A DNA stretch of 64,000 bases from Mobula hypostoma. Taxonomy: Eukaryota. Under the pieces are notes generated by a model. That model did no database searches, had not been told where the DNA came from, and saw only the letters and a program-made list of their open reading frames with translations. Of this stretch, positions 48,229 through 60,390 are shown in pieces (position 1 is the stretch's first letter; every line of letters starts with the position of its first letter). The stretch is from positions 82,524,001-82,588,000 of the forward strand of contig NC_086108.1 in assembly GCF_963921235.1 (NCBI RefSeq), given 5' to 3'. The position numbers were made by a program, and so were the translations under genes.

Positions 48229-50659
48229 GACATTGACACAAATGACACGTTTCACTGTATTTTTCAATATTTTGATATATATGTGACAGATGAAGTTGAT
48301 CTTTGGGTGAGTGATGGAATCTGGAGGGAGTTAGTTGGAATGTGTTGAAAATAAATTACCCGCAGATAAGAGTATCTATTCCCTCCTACCTATTCTGCAC
48401 CTTATCATTGCACAGATCTGTTCACTGAGATGGCTTATACTTCCTGCAATCGGTGTAAGACTTTTATGCTGTGAGAGAAGTCCTCAGCTGAGATTCCTCT
48501 AGTGCTTGCTTCTGAATCCTCTCACTGCTCACTGCAGACATAATCCCCTGTCCCTTTTGCCTGATCATGTCTGCAGTATTTAATTTGAGGGATGGGACTT
48601 CCTTCTGGAATAAGGTGACCAGGTGACTGCTGCCTCCCTGATACATTGCAGTGCCTGACTTTGTGCTCCAGCTCACCAGGTCTAAGCTAGAGACATTGTA
48701 GATGTGGTCTCTGTGGATTCTTTTGTTCCCCATACTACAACTGCAGCACCTTGTCTGTCATGCCTATCCCTGCCTCATTTGGGTTAATTTGAACTACTTG
48801 TTTTATTTTTTTAATATAAATTTGCACTGCTGTCAATCCCAGACTGGTTAGCTGACAGTTCTGGCAAATGTAAGGGACCAGTGGTCAATGGGCTGGGCTT
48901 CATGAGAAAAATAAATAAATTTGCAAAATAACAAATACCCTGTTCCATTTGTTATTTTACTTATTTGCTCTTTTTGTATGGATTACTGTGTTGCAAAGAG
49001 CTACCTTTCAACATTTTCAACTTGTACTGATGTGCTTGGATGTTGGGGCCAATTATCTTGTCCCAGTCCCTCATTGACTTCTGTCCTCACTGCAGAGAAG
49101 TCCCTTACTTATAATATTCTATAAACTCTGCACTTACTCAACACTGAAAGCTGTGCTAAAACACACTGTGCCTTAGCAGAGCCCACAGAATTTTATCCCA
49201 AGGTTACATGGTCTGCGACCCCTGAACTTTGTTAAACAATTCTAGTTACTCATCTAATTACCTGGCAAGCTACTTGTTTGCCACATAATATCCTTGTTTA
49301 CTACTTCATGCTTCATACTACTGCAATTAAAAGCTGTAAGGTTAAGAAAACAGTTGAATGAGACGATATATAAAATGAAATCTCCCCTTGACTTCACTAA
49401 GTTCTTTAGACAGTGAACAAAACACATTTATTTCCAGGTTAGTAAGTGTGGTGCTGTTGTGCTTTGGTCCATGTCACTGGATTGTTTTTCTGCTATACAA
49501 CAAGTATTCTCTCCTTCTTCACTTCAACAAGAAAGGAGAATACTATTTTTAATAGTGCTATAATCGCTGCCTTAGGGTGTCATGCTTTAGTTAATAGCTC
49601 AGTGATTCATCACTGGTGCTTACTGGTTTGTCCACTGGTTTAGTTTCATCTCATCTGCCAGATCATTTGATCCCTGTCTCACTGAAGACACGATGATTAT
49701 TCTTTTCTATCTAGTCTTCTCTCGGTTCTTCATGACCTGCACTTAGGGGTCCAGTAATTACAGGCTAGCTGCCGGTTGTCAGAACGATACTACCCAGCTA
49801 ATTTGTCCAGTCTACAGCTCATTATGCTGACACTGACAGCAGGTGATTTGTGTTCTGTAAACCTGCAGGCTGTACCTGATACTTCTTGCAGGCAGAGAGA
49901 AGATAAAGAAACACACACAAAAAAAGTCTCTGGAGGTCCAGTGACTGTAAATAGAAATCACATGAAGCCTTGGGTAAGTTGGCAGAAAGGCAATTCCCTT
50001 GGCACATGTAGATAGAGGAATGGACTAGGTGGCATCAGAAGCTGGAGCCAAGATGAGAGGATATTCTTTTAATTGAGAAAATGAATGATAGTCAAGGTCT
50101 ATGGCATAAATTTAAAAGGGCTGTAGAGAAGAGAAGAGTAATATTTAGGCAATGGTCATATTAAAAATCTGAAGACTGCTGGAAGAGGGAGAGGCTGGGG
50201 AAGGCAAGGAGAGTCTTAGGAAAGAATGAATTGGACCAAAAGACAGTGCAGTTAAACTTTTCCTTGTGAAAGGTCTCGCCCTGATATGTCAGCTCTACTC
50301 CTTTCCTTAGATGTTTCCTGGCCTGCTGAGCTCCTCCAGCATTTTGTGTGTGTTGCTTTGGATCTCCAGCATCTGCAGACTTTCTGATGTTTATCACTAT
50401 ACACTACCTCTGCTTGTAAACTGACATCCCTGTCCTCAGCCCCATCACTTCAGGTCCCATACCCCGCCAAATTAGTTTAAACCCTTCCTAACAGCCATAC
50501 TCTAGACCAAATAATTGGGTGTTCAGGATGGCACATCAAATGAAAGAGCAAGAGAGAAAGAAAAAAACTTAAAAAAAAACAGTTAAATGGTGTCTCCTAT
50601 GTGATCTTTCCCCAGCTATCTGCACTTTCACTTCCTTGCAGTCAAGTTTAACTATATAA

Positions 50660-51640
50660 ACATAAGAGATTCTGCAGATGGAAATCTGTGGAAACGAATA
50701 AACACTTGATGTTTCTGGCTGAGACCCTTCTTTGGGATTTAAATGAAGAGGGAAGATGCTGGAATTAAAAAGGTGGTGGAGGGTAAGGAGGCTAACAAGA
50801 AGATGATCCGTGAAGCCAAGTGGATGGGGAAGATAAAGGGCTGGTGAAGAAGGAGACTGATAAGAGAGAAGAGTGAACCATGAAGGAAAGGGAAGGAGGG
50901 TGTTTAGGGGAAAGTGGCAGACAGGTGAGAAGAGGAAAAAGGACAGAGTGGGAAATAGAAGAAGAACGGGGGAGGGGGAAACTTATTTTACTGGAAGGAG
51001 AAATCAATCTTCATGCCATCAGTTTGGAGGCTACCCAGATGTGTTGCTCCTCCTCCCTGAGGGTGGCTTCATCTTGGCACAAGAGGAGGCCATGGACCAA
51101 CATGTCAAAATGGGAATGGGAATGGGAATTAAAATGTTTGGCCACCGGGAAGTTACGCTTTTGCTGGACGGAGTGGAAGTGCTCGACGAAGCGGCCCCCC
51201 AATTTACAAAGGACCTCACCAATGTAGAGGAGGCCACACTGGGGGCACTGGACACAATAGGCGACCCTAGTAGATTCGCAGGTGAAGTGTTGCCTCACCT
51301 GGAAGGACTGTTTGGAGCCCTGAATGGAGGTGAGGGAGGAGGTGATTGGGCAGGTGAAGCACATAGGCCACTTGCAGGGATAAGTGCCAGGAGGGAGATT
51401 AGTGGGGAGCGATGGATAGACAAGGAAATCACGGAGGGAGTGATTGTTGCAGAAAGTGGAAGGGGGAGTGTGTGGTAAAGATATATTTAGTGGTTGGGTC
51501 CCATTGGAGATAGCGGAAGTTACGGAGGTTGAAGTGTCGGATGCAGAAGTTGATGGGATGGTAGGTAGGACAAGAGGAATTATATCACTGTTACCATAGA
51601 TGCTGCCTGACCTGATGAGTTCCTCCAGCATTTTGTGTGT
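50660..51640 (-). mobile_element. Penelope-like retroelement, GIY-YIG endonuclease region with inverted 5' terminal block
   Basis: ORF 51011-51631: GTYPC...CFTCP...FQVRQHFTCESTRVAYCVQCPQCGLLYIGEVLCKLGGRFVEH...PVAKHFNSHSHS...LREEEQH. Decayed hammerhead motif at about 50704-50740; inverted terminal copy at 51595-51640. Confidence 0.92.
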
Positions 51641-51679
51641 CTGTGTGTGTGTGTGTTGTAGTGTAGAGTGACACTGTCA

Positions 51680-54470
51680 CTGTCAGGAAGGACAAGCAGA
51701 TGATAGGGCAAAATTGCAGTCAGTGGGATGGGTTCCTGTGTAAAAAGGGGGACAGAATTGTTAAGGATTGCAAATACAGGACTAAAGGTGTTGTATTTGA
51801 ATGCACCTGGTATACGGAATAAGGTAGATGATCTTGTAGCACAGTTAGAGACTGGCAGGTATTGTTACGGATATCAAGGAGTCATAGCTGAAAAGATTAT
51901 AGTAGTTGGGAGCATAATATCCGAGGATACACAATCTATTGAAAGGACAGGCAGGTTGGCAGAGGAGGAGGAGTGGCTCTGCTGGTAAAAAATGAAATAA
52001 ATTATTTATAAAGAGGTGACATAGGATCGGAAGATGAAGAACCCTTGTCAGTAGAGTTAAGAAACTGCAAGGGTAATAAGACACTGGTGGGAGTTGATTA
52101 CAGGCCTGTGAACAATAGCTTGCATGTGGTCTAAAAATTACAGTGGGAGATGGAAAAAGCATGCCAAAAAGGCAATGTTACATTAGTCATGGAGGATTTC
52201 AATATGCAGATAGATTGGGAAAATGAAGTTGATGCTGGATCCCGAGAGAGAGAATTTGTTTAATGTCTTTTTGAAGCAGCTTGTGGTTGAGCCCATTAGG
52301 GGATCAGCAATTCTGGAATAGGTGTTGTGTAATGAACCAGATATGATTAGAGAGCTTAAGGTAAAGAAACCCTTAGGAAAGGGTGATCATAATATAATTG
52401 AATTCACCCTGCTATTTGAGAGGGAGAAGCTAAATTCAGATGTATCAATATCAGTGTATTACTGTGGAGTAAGGAGAATCACAGAGTCTTGCCAAGAGGA
52501 CCAGGCCAGAATTGACTGGAAGGGGACACAAGCAGGGATGATGGCAGAGCAGCAATGGCTGGAGTTTCTGGGAGCAATTCAGAAGGCGCAGCATGGAAAC
52601 ATCCCAATAAAGGCAGGATGACACAACAGTGACTGATAAGGGACGTCAAAGCCAACATAAAAGCCAAAGAGAGGGCATATAATAGAGCAAAAATTAGTAG
52701 GAAGTTAGAGGATTGGGAAATGTTTAAAAACCAACAGGAGGCAACTAAAAAGAACCATAAAGGAGAAGATGAAATATGAAGGTAAGCTAGGCAATAATAT
52801 CAAACCAGATACCATAAGTATGTTTCATCAATTTTCACTGGTAGTATGCTGGAAGTTTGAGAGTGTCAGGGGGCAGAAATGACTGAAGATGCTTTTAATA
52901 GGAAGATGGTGCTTGGGAAACCAAAAGGTCTGAAGTTAGATAAGTCACCTGGACTTAATGGACTACACCGAAGGGTTCTGAAAGAGGTAGCTGAAGAGAT
53001 TGTAGAGGCATTACTAATGATCTTTCAAGAATCAATAGATTCTGGCATGGTTCTGGAGAAATGGATAATTGCAAATGTCACTCCAAGAAGGGAGAGAGGC
53101 AGAAGAAAGGAAATTATAGGCCAATTGGCCTGACCTCAGGAAATTGCTGGAATCCTTACTAAGGAGGAGGTTTTGGGGTACTTGGGGGGGTCACGTGATA
53201 AGATAGGCCATAGTCGACCTGGTTTCCTTAAAAGAAAGTCTTGCCTGACAAATCTGTTGGAATTCTTTGAAGAAATAACAAGCAGGATAGACAAAAGGGA
53301 ATCAGTGGACGTTGTGTACTTGGATTTTCAAAAGGCCTTTGACAAGGTGTCACACATGAGGCTATTAAACAAGACAAAAGCCAGGGTCCTATCGGAAATG
53401 CATTGATAGAGCATTGGCTGATTGGCAGGAGGCAAAGTGTGGGAATCAAGGGATCCATTTTGGATTGGCCGCTGGTGACTAGTGGTGTTGCACAGGGGTC
53501 TGTCTTGGGACCAATTCTTTTTATGTTATATGTCAACGATTTGGATGATGAAATTGATGGCTTTGTGGCCAAACTTGTGGATGATATGAGGACAGGTGGT
53601 GGGGAAGGTAGTGTTGAGTATGTGGCAAGGCTGCAGAGGGACTTGGGCAGGAGGAGAATGGGCAAAGAGGTGGCAGATGGAATACCGTGTCAGGAAGTGT
53701 GTGCTTATGCACCTTGGTCCATATGGGGAGAAAATTCAAAAATCCAAGGTGCAAAGTGATTTGGAGTCCTCGTGCAGGATTCCCTAAAGGTTAACTTGTT
53801 GGTTGAATTGGTGGTGAGGAAGGCAAATGCAATGTTATCATTCATTTCAAGAGGACTATAACATTAAAGCATGGATGTAATACTGAGGCTGTATAATGCA
53901 CTGGAGAGGTCTCACAGAGTATTGCGACCAGTTTTTGTGCCCCTATTTAAGAAAGGATGGGCTGATACTGGAAAGGGTTCAGAGGAGGTTCATGAGAATG
54001 ACTCTGGAAATGTAAGGGTTGTCATATGAGCTGCGATTTATGGCTCTGGGCCTGGACTCGCTGGAATTTATAAGAATGAGGGGGGACCTTATTGAAACGC
54101 ACCGAATGTTGAAAAGCCTAGTGAATGTGAAGAGGATGTTTCCTTTAGTGGGGAAGTCTATGACTAGAGGCCACAGCCTCAAAATAGAGGGGTGTCCATT
54201 TAGAATTGAGATGAGGAGGAACTTCTTTTACCAAAGGGTGATGAATCTATGAAATTCATTGCCACAGGTGGCTGTGGATGTCAGGTAACAGGGTGCATTA
54301 AAGGTGAAGGTTGATAGGGTCTTGGTAAGTCAGGGTGTGAAAGGTTATGGGGAGAAGGCAGGAGAATGGGGTTGAGAGGGCAATAGATTAGCCATGATGA
54401 AATGGCAGAGCAGACTCGATGGGCCAAATGGCCTAATTCTGCTTTTATACTTTATGGTCTTTTGGTCATA
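51680..54470 (+). mobile_element. Degenerate CR1 LINE spanning ORF2 from its start to the 3' UTR
   Basis: LKVLYLNA..IRNKVDDL, LGKGDHN, KSPGLNGLH.RVLKEVA, KSCLTNLLEFFE, DFQKAFD, GVAQGSVLGP, FFYQRVMNL; many stops, frameshifts and internal deletions. Confidence 0.93.
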
Positions 54471-54489
54471 TAGTTAATATATGAGATAG

Positions 54490-54890
54490 GACTTATATAG
54501 AGAGGGGCTTGCGTTTTATTCCTTGGAGCACAAAATATGGAAGGATGGCCTTATAAAGGTGTATACAACCATGAGGGTCATAGATAGGGTGAATGCACAC
54601 AGTGCTTTTCCTAGAGTTGGAGAATCTAATACTAGAGGGCATAGGTTTAAAGTGAAAAGAGAAATATTTAAAACGTTAGAGACCAATTCCATCATGTAGA
54701 GGACAGTGAGCCTATGGAGTGAGCTGCCAGTGGAAGGGGCGAGGCACTTGTTCAGCTATGTGGTTAGAATAGTTTTAGAGGGATGTGGGCCAAATGGATG
54801 TAAATGGAACTAGATTAGGTAGGCATCTCAGTCACAAGGACAAGTTGGGACAATGGGCCTGCTTCCGTGCTGTGTTACTCTACGACCCTA
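54490..54890 (+). mobile_element. Additional old CR1 3' end
   Basis: YSLEH...GLIKVYTTMRVIDRV...TRGHRFKV remnant and CR1-like tail. Confidence 0.75.
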
Positions 54891-56599
54891 AGTCCGAAAC
54901 ATAAAACCTGGAGATGAAATCATATTAAAGTACTGTATTCCGAAGGAGAGTATTTATTTGCACTATTCCCACTAAGCGTTCTAAAGATTTTCAGACTTGG
55001 ATACATTCACAAACCACCAAGGTATTTCGTACTGTTGATGTAGAAGTGCAGCTTCACAGGATAAGTGTTAGAAGTCCTTGGCTTTAGAGGGCACATCTGA
55101 AAGGATGAATGTTCCTGTTGGGGGAATCCACTCTAGGTAAGAACAGGTTGACTGCATGGATGAGTAACTGTGCCTGGGCAACGTGCTGATCAGAAGTAAT
55201 CTCAGTTTGACAGACATTAGTCTTTTATTTCTATGCCTAAACTAGGTACACTGAGGCCACACATGTACTGGAAATGCATCCCTGGGTAAAGGTGGCAAAC
55301 TCAGAACGTATTAGGAGTTAATCGTGGGAGCTAATAGTCTATGTAGTTCTCCAGTATACCAGGCACTGCTCTCAGTTATTGAACCATAAGAAGAGATGAT
55401 AATAAAAGAATATTGCCAGATTATTGTAATGATTACAAGATGGAATACTATAAAGAGATTTAGACGATTCATGTGAAAAGTAATGAGAAACCTGATAGTC
55501 AGTCGTACATTCAACCTGAGTGAAAAGTTAACAATTTGCTTCTTAGTGTAATAGGTATTATTATTGAGGAGTTGGTGCATTGATGCAATGAGGTTGATAT
55601 GATTGATCTTCCACAACCACACCTTCCTTAGTTGTGACTAATGAGGGAATTCTCCCATGATCCCCAATTTCTTACATTTAGCTGTAGCTCTTTGGTGCCA
55701 TGATTGACTGGATGCCTGACGTGTGTCAGCAGGTAATTTGGGAGTGTATGGTCTTTGCCAGCTTCGTTAACTCCTCCTTCCATTACTTTGCTAATGATTG
55801 AGAGATGGCTGATAATCCAATTTTGTCCTGCTTTTCCTGGAAGAGGCACTTTTATACACTGATTGCTGTAGCTGCTGGTGTTGCCGTGCCAGGAGAGCTT
55901 GGCCAGATATACTGTCAGCTATGGAGAGCAGCTCTTCAGCACCGCAACTGGATTCAGAATTTCTCTGTGCCATTTACGCAGCTGTGTCATGGTGCCATGA
56001 CTTCCTGCCGGTTACGCTTCTGGCATTTAGGGCAGCAATAAAGCTCCTCCATCTCTGGCCGTGTTCAGGGCTCCCTTCATCATGCCAGTAGCTTCCTCTC
56101 AGATGGTGCCATGAGGAATGACTGAGATTATCTGAATACTGGCAAAACAGGAGAGGGCCAAAAATGATCATTAACTCAGCATTTCTCTTCCTCCTCCTAC
56201 CAGTTGGGTAATATTCCACCACTATTTATGATTGGACTTGACAGGGTGGCATGGTCTTTTGGCTATGGGACTGCCTGCTTCTAAAAAGAGTTTGCTGATT
56301 GGATGCTGTAAATCCTATGTTATAGAGTCCAAAAAGGGAGGTTGAGTCATGCAGTACAGAAATCTGCCTTTGGCTCGCTGTGGCCTTATTGTGTGGTCAT
56401 GATGGTGGAGTGGAAGGCATGCCTGCCCCATTACTGCTTTGCACTGGTACGCAACTTGGTAATTCCTGATACCTCACACCTCACTAATGTCAAATCCTGC
56501 ACATTCACCCATGTGAGGTTGTTATCCATTATTCAGGAGATAAGATCAACCTCCTTTAGTCACTTCTCCTTGTAGAACTTGACGCCGGAGATGAGGGAT

Positions 56600-56853
56600 G
56601 GCAAGGCAGCGTAGAGGTTAACACGACGCTTTACAGTACAGGCGACCCTCATTCAATTCCCATTGTTGCCTGTAAGGAGTTTGTACATTTTCACCATAAC
56701 TGCACGGGTTTCCTCCCACAGTTCAAAGACGTACTGGTTGGTAGGTTAATTGGTCATTGTAAATTGCCCCAGGATTAAATCAGGTGATTGCTGGGCAGTG
56801 AGGCTCAAAGGGCCAAAAGGGCCTTCTCCGCGCTGTATCTCAATAAATAAAAA
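56600..56853 (+). mobile_element. V-domain tRNA-SINE
   Basis: tRNA head, V-domain, tail GCTGTATCTCAATAAATAAAAA. Confidence 0.82.
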
Positions 56854-57189
56854 AACCAGGAAAGTTCCCAGATATACTCAATGGAATTAGTAATAAAAAG
56901 CAGCACAGAGCTTCATTGGAGACTCTCACTTTTGTATTAATTTCTGCAGCTCTTTCTTTATGCTAGTTTTGTTTAATTTTTTTATTAAATTACTAAATCA
57001 GCGCTGCATATTTGACTATGTCATCTCTTTTCTGTATATAATCCTAATCTAACAATGACAACATGCACTTGGAAAGATGTGGATAGAAAATTTCCAATGG
57101 TTTCATAGAAAATTTATGAACCACTTTTAAACCTAATTGGTACACATTGTATAAGCCATCATTGCCAGAAAGCTAAAATAAAATCTTTT

Positions 57190-58030
57190 TGAGAGGCTTA
57201 AGCGTTTTAGAAACATGCCTGTGAATACCAAAACTAATGTGGTGCTTATGTTCCAGTGGCTTCCAGTCCACTGGGTGTTCATTATTTTTATTGTCTGTCC
57301 TTAATACAGTTTAGCCCATCTTTTAATAGATGGTTGAATTTTTTTTCCCAAAATAAACAGAAAAGTATTTAATATAACTTGCTGTAGTTGTCACGTTCCT
57401 AACCAGAGCAATGTGGAGTATTAAGGATGCTGCCAGTTGAACAGTTGTTAATACTTCAGAGCTGATACCTGAGGCTTTAGATATTACCTTGAGGAGAGTT
57501 AATAACTTAAGTTTTCAGAGAGAGCTTAGACATTAAGAGGAATCTGAAATAAGTTGTGGAATGATCATGGGGCTGTGAAAAAAGCAGATCAGTACAGCTT
57601 TCAGGTGGTAGCTAAAACATAGTTATTTTCATCCTCCTAATCCTGACCTTTGCAAATCTCATTCAGGCTTGTGGGAGAGGGAGAAAGGAGATGAGCTTCT
57701 AGTCATCTGCGGTGGAGGTGCATTTTTCTCCTTGGGCAAACACCTGGACGGTGCCAACCTCTGTGGAATCAATTTCTGAGCCATGTCTGATTAGCGCCGG
57801 GTTGAGAGGCTCACGCGTTTTAGAAACTCGCTGCCTCCTAATAGGTTCTGTGCATACCACAGCTAATGTGATGTTTCTTTCCCATGGCGTCCAATCCACC
57901 GGATGCTCACTTGCCTTATTGTTCACCCTTAACCCAATTTAGTCCTGTCTCTGAAGCACTTCTGACTGAGAAGTGATTTAAGACTCAAGCAGGGGAAATT
58001 GGAGTATTTAATGTGGCTTTGGAGCTTTCA
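57190..58030. repeat. Diverged local direct duplication (about 57190-57390 vs about 57804-58030)
   Basis: Collinear anchors: GAGAGGCTTAAGCGTTTTAGAAAC / GAGAGGCTCACGCGTTTTAGAAAC, CTAATGTG, CCAGTCCACTGG / CCAATCCACCGG, TTATTGT, CCTTAA, AGTATTTAAT. Confidence 0.8.
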
Positions 58031-60186
58031 GCTTGTGGATAAGGATTGTGTTCTTTTTTGGGGGCTTAATTTTTTAAAAAAGCACTAAGTGTGGGGGTTG
58101 GGACTGATAGAGCAGGAGCTATAATTTTGTGTTAATTTTTCCCGGTCATACTGGGGGAAGAATTGGCAAGTTATAAGAATATCCTCTTGTGCATTGTGAC
58201 CTAAATTTCCAGTAAAATAACTAGCCAAATTAGTGAGCCAATCAACTTAACATTCTTTGTACGTGGGTGTAGAAAATGCCCTGTCAACGCAAGGATTTAG
58301 TCAGTACATTAATTAATTTAATTATTTGTTAATTTTATGAATACAACTGCTTGCATTTATGGAAAACGGTTCTAAGGTATTTCACAGCAGTGGGAATTAT
58401 AACATGATGAGAGCCAATGAAAGGGATGTAAGCATAAACGAATAAAACTTTGGTCAAAGAGGTAGGTTTCAAGTAGAGGCTTAAAGGAGAGAAAAATTAA
58501 GTTTCAAAGAGATTTAGAAAGGGAATTTGGGTTCAGAATGGTCACCAGCGGCAGATGAAAGGCTGGGAGATATACAGGAAGCTTCTTGACAGATTCATGG
58601 GTTAGAAATTCATCCTCTTTCATATATGTCAAACGCACTGAATGTCAAATTCAATTATATATACATTGGCGGGGGCTGAAAATCAGAAGCAAAGTTTAAG
58701 GCACATACATTGCATGTCATTGAACTTGAGGAGATTACAAAGATACGTGTGAGTGGCGAGCTGGAGCAGTCTGAACGTGAGAATGAGCGTTTTCAATTCG
58801 AGGCATCGCTGGATCAAGAATCAATGCAAGTCATCAAGCAGGGAGAGCACTGTGAGATGTGAGTAACATTTGGGAAAACAGCTTGTTTTTTTGGCAATAT
58901 ACAGTGTCCAGGAAAAGATAATGGGATAGATATCAATCACTGTGGGGGCTCAAAAGCGGTCAATGAGGAAGCTTACACTGTAGTGACAAAGGTTCTGCTG
59001 TGCACAAGATGATTGTGGAAGGAGCTGATTGCTGAGAGCTCAGATAATGAGAGGAAAATACTCTCCTGTGAGTAATGGTAGTCTATTTGATATTTTACCA
59101 CCCTGTGTATTACGAAGTGCTGGATCTCCTGCCCTGCCTACCAGAGCAGCCAGCTGGGACCTGTCACCGTGTCTGGCCACTGACCCAAGGCCAGTGCCGT
59201 AGCTTGGCCAGCATCCCAGCCTAGCCCAATACTGAGGGTGGAGTGGTGGAGATTGGTTTGGAGGATAGCCAAAAGAGGTATGGGGAAGATTGGGTGGGGG
59301 GCATGGAATGGAGGTGGAAGGAGAATGAAGAACAGAGGAAGACTGGGTTGGGGATGTGTGGAGCAAGGTAGGATATCTGGGCTAGGCAGCAAAGTATAAG
59401 AGAGAGAGGGTAGAAAGGTTCTGAGCGAGGCTGGGTGGAGTGGAAGCAAAGTAGGAGGGATCCTTGCATTTGCCCTCTCACTCAATCTATCCATTTCTCA
59501 TTGCAAAATCACAGCAGCCTTATTACAATATGCCCTTCCACGTATTTTCATGCCATTGGCAAATTTGCAAACTTTGCCTACTCGTTCTTCCTCTTGGTTG
59601 TTTATGTAAGTAGTGAACAACTGCAGTCCAAGAATTGATATCTGTGGTACTCCACTAGTTGATCTGAAAAACGAATATTTATTCCAACTCTCTGGCTTTC
59701 ATTAATCCTTTACTTTGCACTATTTAGTTAATTTGTAATTTATGGTAGCTTTATGTAATTGCACTCTACTGTTGTTGCAAAACAACAAATTTCATGTCAT
59801 ATAAACATTGATAATAAACCTGATTATGAGTTTAGTCTGCAGACTCTGCCAAATCATGATGGGTAATTAAATCAAGATGGCGGAGGGGGTAAAAGGTGTT
59901 TCCGAATCGTTGAGTGTGGGTTTTCAGTTACTGTAACTTCTTCCTGATGGTATTAACGATAAGAGGGCATGTCCCAGTTGGTGAGCGACTTTAATGATGG
60001 ATGCTGCCTCTTGAAAATGTCCTTGATAGTGGGAAGTGTTGTGCCTGTAATGTGTGTAAAAATCTGTGTTTATCTCTGAGTGTATGTGCATGTGTATCTA
60101 TGTGTAAGTGTGCTTTTTGTCAACTCATGTGCACGAAGGAAGTTTCCAGCTGAATATTACAGCGGTGTCTTAATATCATCTGCACA

Positions 60187-60390
60187 ACTGTTGAGGCCAG
60201 TTCATTGGCTATATTTAAGAGGGAGTTAGATATGGCCCTTGTGGCTACGGGGGTCAGGGGGTATGGAGGGAAGGCTGGGGCGGGGTTCTGAGTTGGATGA
60301 TCAGCCGTGATCATAATAAATGGTGGTGCAGGCTCGAAGGGCCGAATGGCCTACTCCTGCACCTATTTTCTATGTTTCTATGTTTCTATG
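60187..60390 (+). mobile_element. Short 5'-truncated young CR1 copy, same subfamily as 2540-5271
   Basis: Nearly identical to the reverse complement of 2549-2738; (TTTCTATG)3 tail; TGCACA at 60181-60186 and 60389-60394 as possible TSD. Confidence 0.93.

Noticed and set aside
50873..51478. 201-aa + strand ORF
   Set aside because: It is antisense to the Penelope GIY-YIG frame.
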